Made by a program: the position numbers and the translations under genes. From assembly GCA_965224485.1 (NCBI GenBank), contig CBDCZH010000010.1:288001-352000 (forward strand): a stretch of 64,000 bases of DNA, given 5' to 3'. The stretch comes from Arcobacteraceae bacterium (GTDB lineage Bacteria > Campylobacterota > Campylobacteria > Campylobacterales > Arcobacteraceae). Numbering within the stretch: the first letter of the stretch is position 1; each line of letters starts with the position of its first letter. The notes beneath the pieces were generated by a model, which worked only from the letters and a program-made list of their open reading frames with translations, ran no database searches and was not told the origin of the DNA. Of the stretch, positions 51,728 to 62,147 are shown piece by piece.

Positions 51728-52618
51728 ATGAAAAAAATATTTATTTATGTACTTTTATTTTCCTGTATGACTTTTGCTAATAATACAATTTTAGTTACAG
51801 TTTCACCTTCAAAGTTTTTTGTTCAAAAAATTGTAAAAAATGCTATGAAAGTTAAAGTTTTATTTCCAGATGCTAAGTTTGAGAAAAAGTATAGAAAACT
51901 AGAATTAATTCATTTATCAAAATCAAAAGTTTATTTTACCTTAGGTTTAGAAAAAGAAAAAAAATATAAAGAACTTCTTTTAGAATATAACCCTAAGTTA
52001 GATATTTATGATCTTTCCCAAAATGTAAAAAAATTAAAAAATAAAAAAGATGAACTTAATCCATATATATGGATGGATCCTTTAAGAGTTAGAATAATTG
52101 CTATAAATATTCTAAAAAAAGTAATAAAAATTGATCCAAAAAACACAAAGTTTTATTTAAAAAATTATATAAAATTTACAAAAGATATAGATAAAATGTT
52201 TTTAAGTATAAAGAAAAAATATTATACTTCTTCTGATTCAATTTTTATTTTAGATAATGATTGGTTATATTATATAGATACATTTAAACTTGATTCTTAT
52301 GCTTTAGAACAAAGAATTTTAGATGCTAATGAAATACAAGCATTTAGACACAAAGCAGCTTTGAATCAAACGAAAACTGTTTTAGTTAAAAAAGGTTTTG
52401 ATTATGTTATTGCAAGATCAATTTCAACTAGTTCAAATGATTCAAAAATTGTTGAAAATAATGTATATGCCTATAATTGGAAACAAAATATAATACAATT
52501 AACAAATAGTATTCTTGGTATTTCAAAAAAAGCACAAAAAGAAGCTCAAGATAAAATAAATTTAGAAGAGCAAAAAGAAAGAATAAGAAAAAAATTGAAT
52601 AAAAAGAGACAAATATAA
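51728..52618 (+). CDS. ZnuA/TroA-like substrate-binding protein (degenerate)
   Basis: signal peptide; NPYIWMDP resembles DPHxWLDP; DPKN..FY..NY. Confidence 0.7.
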   Translation: MKKIFIYVLLFSCMTFANNTILVTVSPSKFFVQKIVKNAMKVKVLFPDAKFEKKYRKLELIHLSKSKVYFTLGLEKEKKYKELLLEYNPKLDIYDLSQNVKKLKNKKDELNPYIWMDPLRVRIIAINILKKVIKIDPKNTKFYLKNYIKFTKDIDKMFLSIKKKYYTSSDSIFILDNDWLYYIDTFKLDSYALEQRILDANEIQAFRHKAALNQTKTVLVKKGFDYVIARSISTSSNDSKIVENNVYAYNWKQNIIQLTNSILGISKKAQKEAQDKINLEEQKERIRKKLNKKRQI

Positions 52619-54348
52619 TGTTTTTAGTTACCACAAAAAAAGAGATGCAAGACAAAGGCTGGGATCAGCTTGATATTATTCTAGTTTCAGGCGATGCTTA
52701 TATTGATTCACCTTTTATAGGAGTTGCTACTGTTGGACGAATTTTAGAAAAACTTGGTTATAAAGTTGGAATAATAGGTCAACCTGATTTAAAAAATGAA
52801 GATATAAAAAGATTAGGTGAGCCAAAACTTTACTGGGGTGTTAGTGGCGGTAGTATTGATTCTATGGTTTCAAACTATACAGCAACAAAGAAGTTTAGAA
52901 ATACTGATGATTATACTCCAGGTGGGGTAAATGATAAAAGACCAGATCGTGCTACCTTAGTTTATACAAACTTAGTTAGAAGACATTATAAAGATACTGT
53001 TCCTATTGTATTAGGTGGAATTGAAGCCTCTTTACGAAGAGTTACTCATTATGATTATTGGAGCAATAAACTAAGAAAACCAATTTTATTTGATGCAAAA
53101 GCAGATTATTTAATATATGGTATGGGTGAAATTGCTATTGAAGAATTTTCAGCAGCACTTAGAGATAATACAGATCCTAAAATTATTAGAGGTGTTTCTT
53201 ATATTTCAAAAGAAGCAGTACCTTCTTATATCCAAATGCCTTCTCATCAAGATTGTTTAGATGATAAAGAAAAATATATTGATTTATTTGATATCTTTTA
53301 TGATAATAATGACCCAATTTCAGCAAAAGGAATTTATCAAAAAGTAGATACAAGATATTTAATTCAAAATCCTCCTTGTGATTATTTAGATGAAAGTGAG
53401 ATGGATGAAATAGCATCTTTACCTTTTACAAGAGAGTTGCATCCTTTTCATGCACCCCAAGGAAAGGTAAAATGTTTAGAAACTATTAAGTTTTCAATAC
53501 AAACTCATCATGGCTGTTGGGGTGAGTGTAATTTCTGTGCTATTGGAGTTCATCAAGGACGAACAATAAGAACTAGAAGTGAAGAAAATATTTTAAAAGA
53601 AGCTAAAGAATTTACTACTTATAAAGATTTTAAAGGAATTATCTCTGATGTTGGTGGGCCAACGGCAAACATGTATGGTTATGAATGTGGTAAAAAACTT
53701 AAAAAAGGTACCTGTGATCATATGCGTTGTGTAGATTTTGAGCGACTTTGTAAGGTTATGAAAGTTGATCATTCAAGGCATTTAAAACTTTTAAGATCTG
53801 TTAGAAGTATAAAAGGTGTTAGAAAGGCTTTTGTAGCTTCTGGTTTGCGATATGATTTTATAGCAGCTGATAAAAAATATGGTTATGAGTATTTAAAAGA
53901 GTTAGTAAATCATCATATCTCAGGTCAAATGAAAGTAGCCCCTGAACATACCTCTGATAGGGTATTAGATTTAATGGGAAAACCAGGAAAAGAGCCTTTA
54001 ATTGAATTTAAAAAAATGTATGATAAGTTAAATAAAGAAGCTGGTAAAAAGCAGTTTTTAACATATTATTTAATTGCCGCACATCCAGGTTGTGAAGAAA
54101 AAGATATGCATGAGTTAAAACAATTTACAACACATGAACTTAAAATGAATCCAGAACAAGCTCAAGTATTTACTCCAACTCCAAGTACTTATTCTGCTGT
54201 TATGTATTATACAGAGCTTGATCCAAAAACTAGAAAAAAAATATTTGTTGAAAAAGATACTAAAAGAAAAGAAAAACAAAAAGCTATAGTTATTGATAAA
54301 AAATATTCACAAAGACGAAAAACTGGCTCTGCTGGCATGCAATCTTAA
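52618..54348 (+). CDS. YgiQ family radical SAM protein
   Basis: GDAYID, GGIEASLRR, CWGECNFC, LKVAPEH-like motif. Confidence 0.92.
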   Translation: MFLVTTKKEMQDKGWDQLDIILVSGDAYIDSPFIGVATVGRILEKLGYKVGIIGQPDLKNEDIKRLGEPKLYWGVSGGSIDSMVSNYTATKKFRNTDDYTPGGVNDKRPDRATLVYTNLVRRHYKDTVPIVLGGIEASLRRVTHYDYWSNKLRKPILFDAKADYLIYGMGEIAIEEFSAALRDNTDPKIIRGVSYISKEAVPSYIQMPSHQDCLDDKEKYIDLFDIFYDNNDPISAKGIYQKVDTRYLIQNPPCDYLDESEMDEIASLPFTRELHPFHAPQGKVKCLETIKFSIQTHHGCWGECNFCAIGVHQGRTIRTRSEENILKEAKEFTTYKDFKGIISDVGGPTANMYGYECGKKLKKGTCDHMRCVDFERLCKVMKVDHSRHLKLLRSVRSIKGVRKAFVASGLRYDFIAADKKYGYEYLKELVNHHISGQMKVAPEHTSDRVLDLMGKPGKEPLIEFKKMYDKLNKEAGKKQFLTYYLIAAHPGCEEKDMHELKQFTTHELKMNPEQAQVFTPTPSTYSAVMYYTELDPKTRKKIFVEKDTKRKEKQKAIVIDKKYSQRRKTGSAGMQS

Positions 54349-54422
54349 GTTTTGTAGAATAAAAGTGAGTTTTAGCTATAATGTTTTTTTTTAAATAATA
54401 TAAAAAATTGATAAGGAAAACT

Positions 54423-54992
54423 ATGAAAAAATTATTTTTAATTATTGGAGCTCCTGGTTCTGGTAAAACAACTGATGCTGAGTTAATTGCGCAAAAGCAT
54501 GAAAATATTACTCATTATTCAACAGGCGATATGTTCAGAGCTGAAGTAGCAAGTGGAAGCGAAAGAGGCGTTTTAATTAATTCTTTTGTATCAAAAGGTA
54601 ATTTAGTTCCTATTGAAATAGTTATTGAAACTATAGTAACTGCTATTAAAAATGCACCAACTGCTATTGTTATAATTGATGGTTATCCAAGATCAGGTGA
54701 GCAAATGAATGAACTTGATAAATACTTAGAAACAGAAAACGAAGTTGAACTAGTTAATGTTATAGAAGTTAAAGTTTCAAAAGAAGTTGCATGTGAAAGA
54801 GTTTTAGGACGAGCAAGAGGTGATGATGATAATGTTGAAGTATTTAATAATAGAATGAATGTATATACTGAACCTTTAAAAGAAATACAAGCTTTTTATA
54901 CAGCTAAAAATATTTTAGAAGAAATTAATGGTGAAAGAACTATTGAAGAAATTGTTTCTGAAATGGATGCTTTTATTCAAAGTAAAATATAA
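54423..54992 (+). CDS. adk: adenylate kinase
   Basis: GAPGSGK, STGDMFR, DGYPR; start 54423 after AAGGA. Confidence 0.93.
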   Translation: MKKLFLIIGAPGSGKTTDAELIAQKHENITHYSTGDMFRAEVASGSERGVLINSFVSKGNLVPIEIVIETIVTAIKNAPTAIVIIDGYPRSGEQMNELDKYLETENEVELVNVIEVKVSKEVACERVLGRARGDDDNVEVFNNRMNVYTEPLKEIQAFYTAKNILEEINGERTIEEIVSEMDAFIQSKI

Positions 54993-55017
54993 ACTATATT
55001 AGTATATAATAAATAAG

Positions 55018-55045
55018 AAGATGGCTTTAAAAAGCCATTTTTTTT
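55018..55045 (+). terminator. intrinsic terminator after adk
   Basis: ATGGCTTT-aa-AAAGCCAT followed by a T run. Confidence 0.7.
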
Positions 55046-55230
55046 GAAAAAAAAGTAAAAACTTATAATTATTAAAATATAATTATTAAAATTATCTTAC
55101 TGCAAACCCTATAAAATCACTATTTCTGAATACTTATTCAAACAAAAATAAATTATTAATTTGATATAAATCAAACTTATATCTTTTAAAGTATGCTAAA
55201 ATTTCCTTATATATATTAAAAGGTTTAAAG

Positions 55231-57882
55231 ATGTTAAAAAATTTATCAATTAGAAATAAAGTATTATTGTTATTATTAATTCCCAGTATTTTTTTATTGT
55301 TAGTATCATATAAGTCAATTTTAGGTGATTATAAAAATGTAAAAGCTCTAAATTCTTTAGATATTGGAGTTGTTTTATCAACAAAAATATCTTCACTTAT
55401 TCACGAAACACAAAAAGAGAGAGGAGCAACAGCTGGTTTTCTAGGCTCTAAAGGAAGAAAATTTTATGATAAGCTTCCAAAACAAAGACTTCTTACAAAT
55501 AAAAAACTAGAACTTTTAAATAAATTTTTATCAATAAATGATATTTCAAAAGTTTCACAAAATACAAAAAATTCACTTTTATTAGCATTAGATGATATGA
55601 AAAAGATTAATACAGTAAGAATTAAGGTTACAGCTTTAAATATGCCAATATCAGAAGCACTCTCTTATTATACAAAAATGAATGCAAAGTTTTTACATGT
55701 AGTAATAGAAGTTGCAAAAATATCAAAATCACCTACAATAACTAAACAACTAGTTGCTTATTCAAATTTTTTATTAAGTAAAGAAAGAGCTGGAATTGAA
55801 AGAGCTGTTGGTTCTAATACCCTAGCTAGAGACTCTTTTGCTAAGGGAATGAAAATTAAATTTAACAATTTAATTGCTGCTCAAAATTCATTTATGAATA
55901 ACTTTTTGCAATATGCCTCAAAAGATGCTAAAAGATTTTACTTAAATACTTTAAAAGGTAAAGAAGTGCAAGAAGTAAGTTTAATTAGAAAAACTCTTTT
56001 ATCTTCTGATTTAAAGTTTAGTTTAATTTCTGAGATGAAACAAGTTATTGGTTATGGCGGTTTAATACATAATTTTAAAAACTATATTATTAGAGGTGAT
56101 AAAAAATATATTAGTAGAATAAGTAAACAACAAGAGCATTTAAATATTTTAATAAAAAAATACAAAAATGATTTTGTTCTAAGTTCAAAAGAAAAAACTT
56201 TATTAGCTGATATATCTTTGGTATTTGAAAAATATAAACAAGCTTTAACCCTTGCCATTAGATTAAAAAATGAAAATTCTAGTATAGAAGAAATAGACTC
56301 TTTAATAAGTATAAACGACAAACCAGCAGTTAAAGCTTTGGATATATTAAACAATTCCTTGTTTTGCGTCGATTCAGTATACTGGTTTAATAAAATTACA
56401 TATAAAATCAATTTACTTAAAAAAATTGATGATTATTTATCAAAAGAATTATTAGCAACAATAAATGCAGAATTATCTTCTTCAAATAATAACTTCAATA
56501 CCGTTTTATACTCTACTCTTTTGGCTATTTTAATTGTTGGAATTTTGGGATTCTTAGCTATTGTTTCTATAAGTAAATCAATAAATACCTTTTCAAAAGG
56601 TTTAGAATCTTTTTTTCAATATCTAAATAAAGAAACGTCCTATTCTGCCTTATTAGATGATAGCAGTTTAGACGAAATAGGAAAAATGGCAAAAGTAGTA
56701 AATGTAAATATAAAAAAAATACAAATATCAGTAGAAGAAGAAAAAGATGTTATAAGTAAAACTATTATTTTATTAAAAGACTTTGAAGAAGGAGACCTGT
56801 CTCAAAGAATTAATGTAAAAACTTCAAATACTGCCTTACAAGAGTTAACAAATCTTTTAAATAAGATGGCAAATAATTTTGAAAAAAATATAGATAATGT
56901 TTTATTAGTTTTAGAATCGTATACAAATTATGATTATAGAAATAAAATTGATTCAAAAGGAACAAAAGCACATTTAGAAAAATTATCACTAGGTGTTAAC
57001 TCTTTAGGTGATTCTATTACCCAAATGCTTACGTACAATAAAAGAATAGGATTAACATTAGATTCTTCTTCTATTACACTTTTAAATAATGTACAAATTC
57101 TTAATAAATCATCAAATGAAGCAGCAAGTTCCTTAGAAGAAACAGCAGCTGCCCTAGAAGAAATTACAAGTACTATTGTAAATAATACAGAATCAATTTC
57201 TTCTATGAGCACTTATGCTAGTTTATTAAGTGAATCAACAACATTAGGACAAAACCTAGCAAATAAAACTAGTAAATCAATGGATGAAATAAATGAACAA
57301 GTATCTGATATAAATGATGCAATTTCAGTAATTGACCAAATTGCTTTCCAAACTAATATTTTATCTTTAAACGCAGCAGTTGAAGCAGCAACAGCAGGTG
57401 AAGCTGGAAAAGGTTTCGCAGTAGTTGCCCAAGAAGTAAGAAACTTGGCATCAAGAAGTGCACAAGCAGCAAAAGAGATAAAAGACTTAGTACAAAATGC
57501 AAATATAAAAGCAAGTGAAGGAAAACAAATAGCCTCTTCTATGATAGAAGGTTATTCAAGTTTAAATGAAAATATAATTAAAACTATTGATTTAATAAAA
57601 GATGTCGAAACATCTTCTAAAGAGCAAAGAGCTGGAATTGAGCAAATAAATGATGCTGTTTGTAAACAAGATGAGCAAACACAAAATATTGCGAGTGCTG
57701 CTAATGAAACTTATGATATAGCTATTAATACATCTCATATTGCTAAAAAAATTGTGCAAAGTGTAAATGATAAAGAGTTTTTAGGTAAAGATGAAATTAT
57801 AGATAGACGTTTAAAAAATATGAATTTAGGTTATAAAGGTGAGGAAAAAAGAGATGCTGAAAAACATTTAAAAGATAAATAG
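55231..57882 (+). CDS. methyl-accepting chemotaxis protein with NIT (nitrate/nitrite-sensing) domain
   Basis: [29 protein letters not shown] signalling motif. Confidence 0.9.
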   Translation: MLKNLSIRNKVLLLLLIPSIFLLLVSYKSILGDYKNVKALNSLDIGVVLSTKISSLIHETQKERGATAGFLGSKGRKFYDKLPKQRLLTNKKLELLNKFLSINDISKVSQNTKNSLLLALDDMKKINTVRIKVTALNMPISEALSYYTKMNAKFLHVVIEVAKISKSPTITKQLVAYSNFLLSKERAGIERAVGSNTLARDSFAKGMKIKFNNLIAAQNSFMNNFLQYASKDAKRFYLNTLKGKEVQEVSLIRKTLLSSDLKFSLISEMKQVIGYGGLIHNFKNYIIRGDKKYISRISKQQEHLNILIKKYKNDFVLSSKEKTLLADISLVFEKYKQALTLAIRLKNENSSIEEIDSLISINDKPAVKALDILNNSLFCVDSVYWFNKITYKINLLKKIDDYLSKELLATINAELSSSNNNFNTVLYSTLLAILIVGILGFLAIVSISKSINTFSKGLESFFQYLNKETSYSALLDDSSLDEIGKMAKVVNVNIKKIQISVEEEKDVISKTIILLKDFEEGDLSQRINVKTSNTALQELTNLLNKMANNFEKNIDNVLLVLESYTNYDYRNKIDSKGTKAHLEKLSLGVNSLGDSITQMLTYNKRIGLTLDSSSITLLNNVQILNKSSNEAASSLEETAAALEEITSTIVNNTESISSMSTYASLLSESTTLGQNLANKTSKSMDEINEQVSDINDAISVIDQIAFQTNILSLNAAVEAATAGEAGKGFAVVAQEVRNLASRSAQAAKEIKDLVQNANIKASEGKQIASSMIEGYSSLNENIIKTIDLIKDVETSSKEQRAGIEQINDAVCKQDEQTQNIASAANETYDIAINTSHIAKKIVQSVNDKEFLGKDEIIDRRLKNMNLGYKGEEKRDAEKHLKDK

Positions 57883-57933
57883 TTTTATATTATTATATAC
57901 TAGTATTAAAGATTGAAAACTAGTATATAATAC

Positions 57934-58596
57934 TTATGGTTTATTATAAAAGTTAAACTTCCAACCTTTGTCTTCTTTATAGTTTCCTAAATTAAAATCT
58001 TTCCAGACTTTTAAACATATTTTATTTTTTTTATTTTTACCATCAAGAGCAAATGCATGAGCACGACCAAAATTTGTCCATACACCTTTTCCAGATGCAT
58101 ACATAAAGGCTAAATTACATTGGGCTGGAACAAACTGTTGTTTAGAAGCTTTTTCATACCACATAACAGCTTTTTTATAATCTTTGCTTAGTTTTCCTAC
58201 TCCAAAGCTTAAAAACATTCCCACTCTGTTTTGAGCAGGAGCATAACCTTCTTGTGCAAGGCCTTCAAAAATCTTATATGCAAGAGTATAATTTAAAAAA
58301 CCAGATTTTTTATTTGAATATAAAACTCCTAAATTATAAAAAGCTTTAATATGACCTAATCTTGAAGCCTCTTGAAAATACTCTTTTGCTTTTGTATAAT
58401 CTTTTTTTACGAAAATACCTTTATAATAAAAAGAGCCTAGTTTAAATAAAGCAGTTTCATTTTTTCTTTGTGCTGCTTTTTTATAAAACTCATAAGCTTT
58501 TTTCATATTATTGTTTTTTTGAGCTTCTTGTGCTATATCTAATGGTGATGAATAAGCAATAGTAAATAAAATTAAAAAGTACATGAAAATTTTCAT
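57934..58596 (-). CDS. Sel1-like repeat secreted protein
   Basis: A.F.LG..Y..G..V.KDY.KA repeats; signal peptide. Confidence 0.88.
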   Translation of the reverse strand: MKIFMYFLILFTIAYSSPLDIAQEAQKNNNMKKAYEFYKKAAQRKNETALFKLGSFYYKGIFVKKDYTKAKEYFQEASRLGHIKAFYNLGVLYSNKKSGFLNYTLAYKIFEGLAQEGYAPAQNRVGMFLSFGVGKLSKDYKKAVMWYEKASKQQFVPAQCNLAFMYASGKGVWTNFGRAHAFALDGKNKKNKICLKVWKDFNLGNYKEDKGWKFNFYNKP

Positions 58597-59615
58597 ATTA
58601 TTTCTCTTTTTATATTTTTGTTTAAAAGACTTGTTATTTCATAAGAAATAGTATTATGTATTTTTGCTAATACTTTAACATCATTAAAAATACAAATTTC
58701 TTCTTCTTGTGAGTTAATACATATATAATCCATAGATACATTTCCTAAAAGATTAAATCCCTTAGGTGTTTTATATTCTGTTTGTTTTGGCATTCTTAAA
58801 AAACCATCTGCATAACCAATATCATATGAAGAGATTAATGAATCTTTTTTAAGTTCATAAGAAGATGAGTATCCAATTCTAGCTCCAGCTTTTAATTCTC
58901 TACTTGCAACTTTTTTAGCCCATAAAGATAAAACTGGTTTAAAATCTAATTCTCCAAAAACTTCATGGTTTTCTAAATATCCATATTGTGCTATTCCCAC
59001 TCTTGCATAATATTCATTAAAATTCTTAGTTCTAAATAAAGCAGAAGAATTACATGAATGAAAGTCTGGAATGACCAAATTAAGTTGTTCACATAGTGTA
59101 ATTGCTTCTTTTTTAAGATGCCCAAAAATACGGCTTTGATAATAGAAATCAGTTTTGATTTGATCTGCACTACGGTGGTGAGTAAAGATAGCTCTTAAGT
59201 TCAAATTCTGCTTAGAGATACGATAAATAGCCTCTTCTAGCTCATTTACTTGTATACCATTTCTATGCATTCCAGTATCCACTTTTAAGTGGATATTCGT
59301 GTTCTTGGGAGTTTCTTCTATATCTTCAAGTTTGTTTATTGTGATGTGAAAAGTATGTGAATAAGTCTTCTTTTTCTCATTAGCTAGAATTAAGATTTCA
59401 TCAAATAATTTTTCAATTACTTTAGCTTCTTCTATATTTCTAACAACTGCTTTTTTAATACCATACTCGTTTGCTAAAGATGCTATTTCAAAAAGCCCAT
59501 GACCATAAGCATTGTCTTTTAATACAACAGCAATTTTATCTTTTGATTTTGTTTGTTTGCAGATGATATCTAAGTTATGAAAATAATTTTTCTTACTAAT
59601 TAAGATTCTTGACAA
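58593..59615 (-). CDS. alr: alanine racemase
   Basis: VLKDNAYGHG, KVDTGMHRNG, GYADG, TISYE. Confidence 0.94.
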   Translation of the reverse strand: MSRILISKKNYFHNLDIICKQTKSKDKIAVVLKDNAYGHGLFEIASLANEYGIKKAVVRNIEEAKVIEKLFDEILILANEKKKTYSHTFHITINKLEDIEETPKNTNIHLKVDTGMHRNGIQVNELEEAIYRISKQNLNLRAIFTHHRSADQIKTDFYYQSRIFGHLKKEAITLCEQLNLVIPDFHSCNSSALFRTKNFNEYYARVGIAQYGYLENHEVFGELDFKPVLSLWAKKVASRELKAGARIGYSSSYELKKDSLISSYDIGYADGFLRMPKQTEYKTPKGFNLLGNVSMDYICINSQEEEICIFNDVKVLAKIHNTISYEITSLLNKNIKREII

Positions 59616-59636
59616 TTTTATATACCTTGATAATTA

Positions 59637-61475
59637 TTATATTTGTTTGAAATGATTAAAAATAAGGATACTATCTTTTTCATTTAAAACTTCTTGCAAG
59701 TTTGTGCTTTTAGCACTTTTAATATTTTCAAAAGTTCCGAAATATGAGAGTAGTTTTTTAATTTTTGCTGGACCAATTCCATTTATTTCTAAGAGTGAAA
59801 TTTGTTTATCTTCTGCTCTTTTTTGTTTTTTGTGATAGTTTATAACAAATCTATGTGATTCATCTCTTTGTCTTTGAATAAATTGCAAACGTTTATCACT
59901 TGGTTCTAGGCGGAACTCTTTATAAACATCATTTTGCTTATAGTGTAAAATATCCCTAGCACTTCCTTTTGCTCTATGTGCTTTAGCATCAATTTTTTCT
60001 TTTGCAATTGCTATTATTTCTAAGTTAACCCCATGTGAGTTAATAATATCAAAAGCTAGTTTTAGTAAAGTCCTTCCTCCATCTAAAATCCATAAATCAG
60101 GAGCTTGATTCTTTTCAAAACTAGCAACTCTTTTTAATAACATTTCAGACATTTGATGGTATTCATCTCTTGAGTCTAAATTATAATGTCTATAATCTTT
60201 TTTTACAAAACCATCTTCCCATACAACCATAGCACCAACTGTTGCTTGTCCCATTAGATGTGAGTTATCAAAACTTTCAATTCTAAGAGGAAGAGTATTT
60301 AAGGTAAAAAGTTCTTGTATTTGCTCATAAATACTGTTACTTTCGCTGCTTTGTTGTAATCGTAATAATTCATGACAATTATTTATAGCAATATCTAAGA
60401 GTTTCTTTTTCTTATCTTTTAAAGGTTTAACTATAGGAATCTTTTTATTAAACTTAGCTTTTAAAAAGTTTTCTAATTCTTCTTTTTCCTCAAGATCAAG
60501 GGCCACTATTATCTCTTTTGGTAATAAAGGTATATCATTATCATAATAATTAATAATTGCTCTAGAATATGCTTCATTTAAATCAATATTGCTAGTTTCT
60601 TCTTCAAAATCAAGTTTTAGAAAATTATGAGTTGATGAAGCTATTTTCCCTTCTCTTATAAACATTCTAACTAATACAGCTTTTTTAGCAGAAGCTTGAA
60701 TCACAAATAAATCTAAATTATCACTACTTGCTAAATCAATTCCACTTTGTATTTGTGATTTATGAATTGTTTTAATTCTATCTCTTAGTTTCAAAGCATC
60801 TTCAAAACGAAAATCATCTGAGTATTCTTTCATTCTCTCTTTTAGTTTTATAATTAGTTTCTTTTTATTATAAATATATCCCAAAGCTTCTTCTATTAAC
60901 AAAGCATAATCTTCTTGCGTGATTTTATCTTCACAAGGAGCATGACATCTATTTATTTGATAAAACAAACAGGCCTTGCCACCTTTTAAACAAGATTTTT
61001 TCTGAACAAGTTTAACTATTTCATAAATGCTATCTAACATATCTCTAGCACCTATTGAATATGGTCCAAAGTATTTAATCTTTTTATCTTTAAAAACTCT
61101 TCTAGTAATCTCTAAGCGCGGAAATAATTCATTGTAATCAATCATAATATAAGGATAAGTTTTATCATCACGTAATAATATATTGTATTTTGGTTTTAAC
61201 TGTTTAATAAGTGAGTTTTCTAAAATTAAAGCATCATTCTCATTTGGAACAACAATCCACTCTAAAGAGTAAACTTGAGAAATCATTTTATAAATTCTAG
61301 CTCCAAGTTTATCAGCAGGTGCTAAAATGGGTGTAAATTTAAAATAAGATTTAACACGGTTTTTTAAAACCTTAGCTTTTCCAATATATAAGAGTTTCCC
61401 AGTTTTATCAAAGTATTGGTAAACGCCAGCGGATAAGGGTAGTTGTTTTAATTTATCTTCTAGATTCATATTCAT
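59637..61475 (-). CDS. uvrC: excinuclease ABC subunit C
   Basis: GVY..LYIGKAK.LKNRV.SYF, RDDKTYPY, FDNSH, RDESHRF, GIG. Confidence 0.96.
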   Translation of the reverse strand: MNMNLEDKLKQLPLSAGVYQYFDKTGKLLYIGKAKVLKNRVKSYFKFTPILAPADKLGARIYKMISQVYSLEWIVVPNENDALILENSLIKQLKPKYNILLRDDKTYPYIMIDYNELFPRLEITRRVFKDKKIKYFGPYSIGARDMLDSIYEIVKLVQKKSCLKGGKACLFYQINRCHAPCEDKITQEDYALLIEEALGYIYNKKKLIIKLKERMKEYSDDFRFEDALKLRDRIKTIHKSQIQSGIDLASSDNLDLFVIQASAKKAVLVRMFIREGKIASSTHNFLKLDFEEETSNIDLNEAYSRAIINYYDNDIPLLPKEIIVALDLEEKEELENFLKAKFNKKIPIVKPLKDKKKKLLDIAINNCHELLRLQQSSESNSIYEQIQELFTLNTLPLRIESFDNSHLMGQATVGAMVVWEDGFVKKDYRHYNLDSRDEYHQMSEMLLKRVASFEKNQAPDLWILDGGRTLLKLAFDIINSHGVNLEIIAIAKEKIDAKAHRAKGSARDILHYKQNDVYKEFRLEPSDKRLQFIQRQRDESHRFVINYHKKQKRAEDKQISLLEINGIGPAKIKKLLSYFGTFENIKSAKSTNLQEVLNEKDSILIFNHFKQI

Positions 61476-61488
61476 ATGGGATTATACC

Positions 61489-61629
61489 AAACCTTTGTAA
61501 AGGTGCATCTTTTGTCCTCTATCTGCGTTGGAGTAAAATTCTGCTTGGTCACATACTATATGTATGCTCCCGTCACAAAAATTTACTCCGCCTTGATATA
61601 GAACAAAACCTACACTTTTACAAAGGTTT
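61489..61629. mobile_element. 141 bp ERIC-like foldback element (MITE candidate)
   Basis: terminal IR AAACCTTTGTAAA/TTTACAAAGGTTT; core GTCACATACTATGTATGCTCC; CTGCGTTGG and CCGCCTTG arms. Confidence 0.75.
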
Positions 61630-62107
61630 TAGTGATAGGTGCCCATTGGAAGTTCTTTTGCTAGTATATTTTGCTGTAAGAATAATTGATTTTTAAATAT
61701 TATTGTCATTTCTTTTAGTAAAATAATATCATTATGAGTTAAGTATTCTGGTATACGTCTTTTAAAAGGTAAAGAAAGATTTGTATCAAGTTTTATAATA
61801 TGAATAGTTGGAGTATACGCTTTAATATCAGAATGAGCAATAAGTTCATTTCTTAAATCATTTAGTTTGGAATGTAAGTTTTTTGGCATAAAGAAAATTG
61901 TTTTAATATATCTTTTATTTTTAAATTCTTATCTATATATGTTCTATTATATGAGATGATAATTGATTCATGTAAGGCTCGTTGAATTATTAGGTTATTT
62001 GTATTTTCTAATTCATTAAGATATTCTATTGTTGTTGATATGTCATCTAAAGATAAAGTAATTCGTTTTAAACGTTTAATAAAGTTATTTATTTGTTTTT
62101 GATTCAT
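61629..62107 (-). pseudogene. HEPN-like gene split by a 1-bp frameshift
   Basis: ORFs 62107-61862 and 61889-61629 join if the A6 run (plus-strand T6 at 61879-61884) gains one base; LRNELIAH is an Rx5H motif. Confidence 0.55.
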
Positions 62108-62147
62108 AAATTATTATACAAAAGTATTCATTTTATGTAAGTTAGTA

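Noticed and set aside
25200..57480. Near-identical segments around 25.2-25.35 kb (minus) and 57.33-57.48 kb (plus)
   Set aside because: Explained by the conserved MCP signalling hairpin
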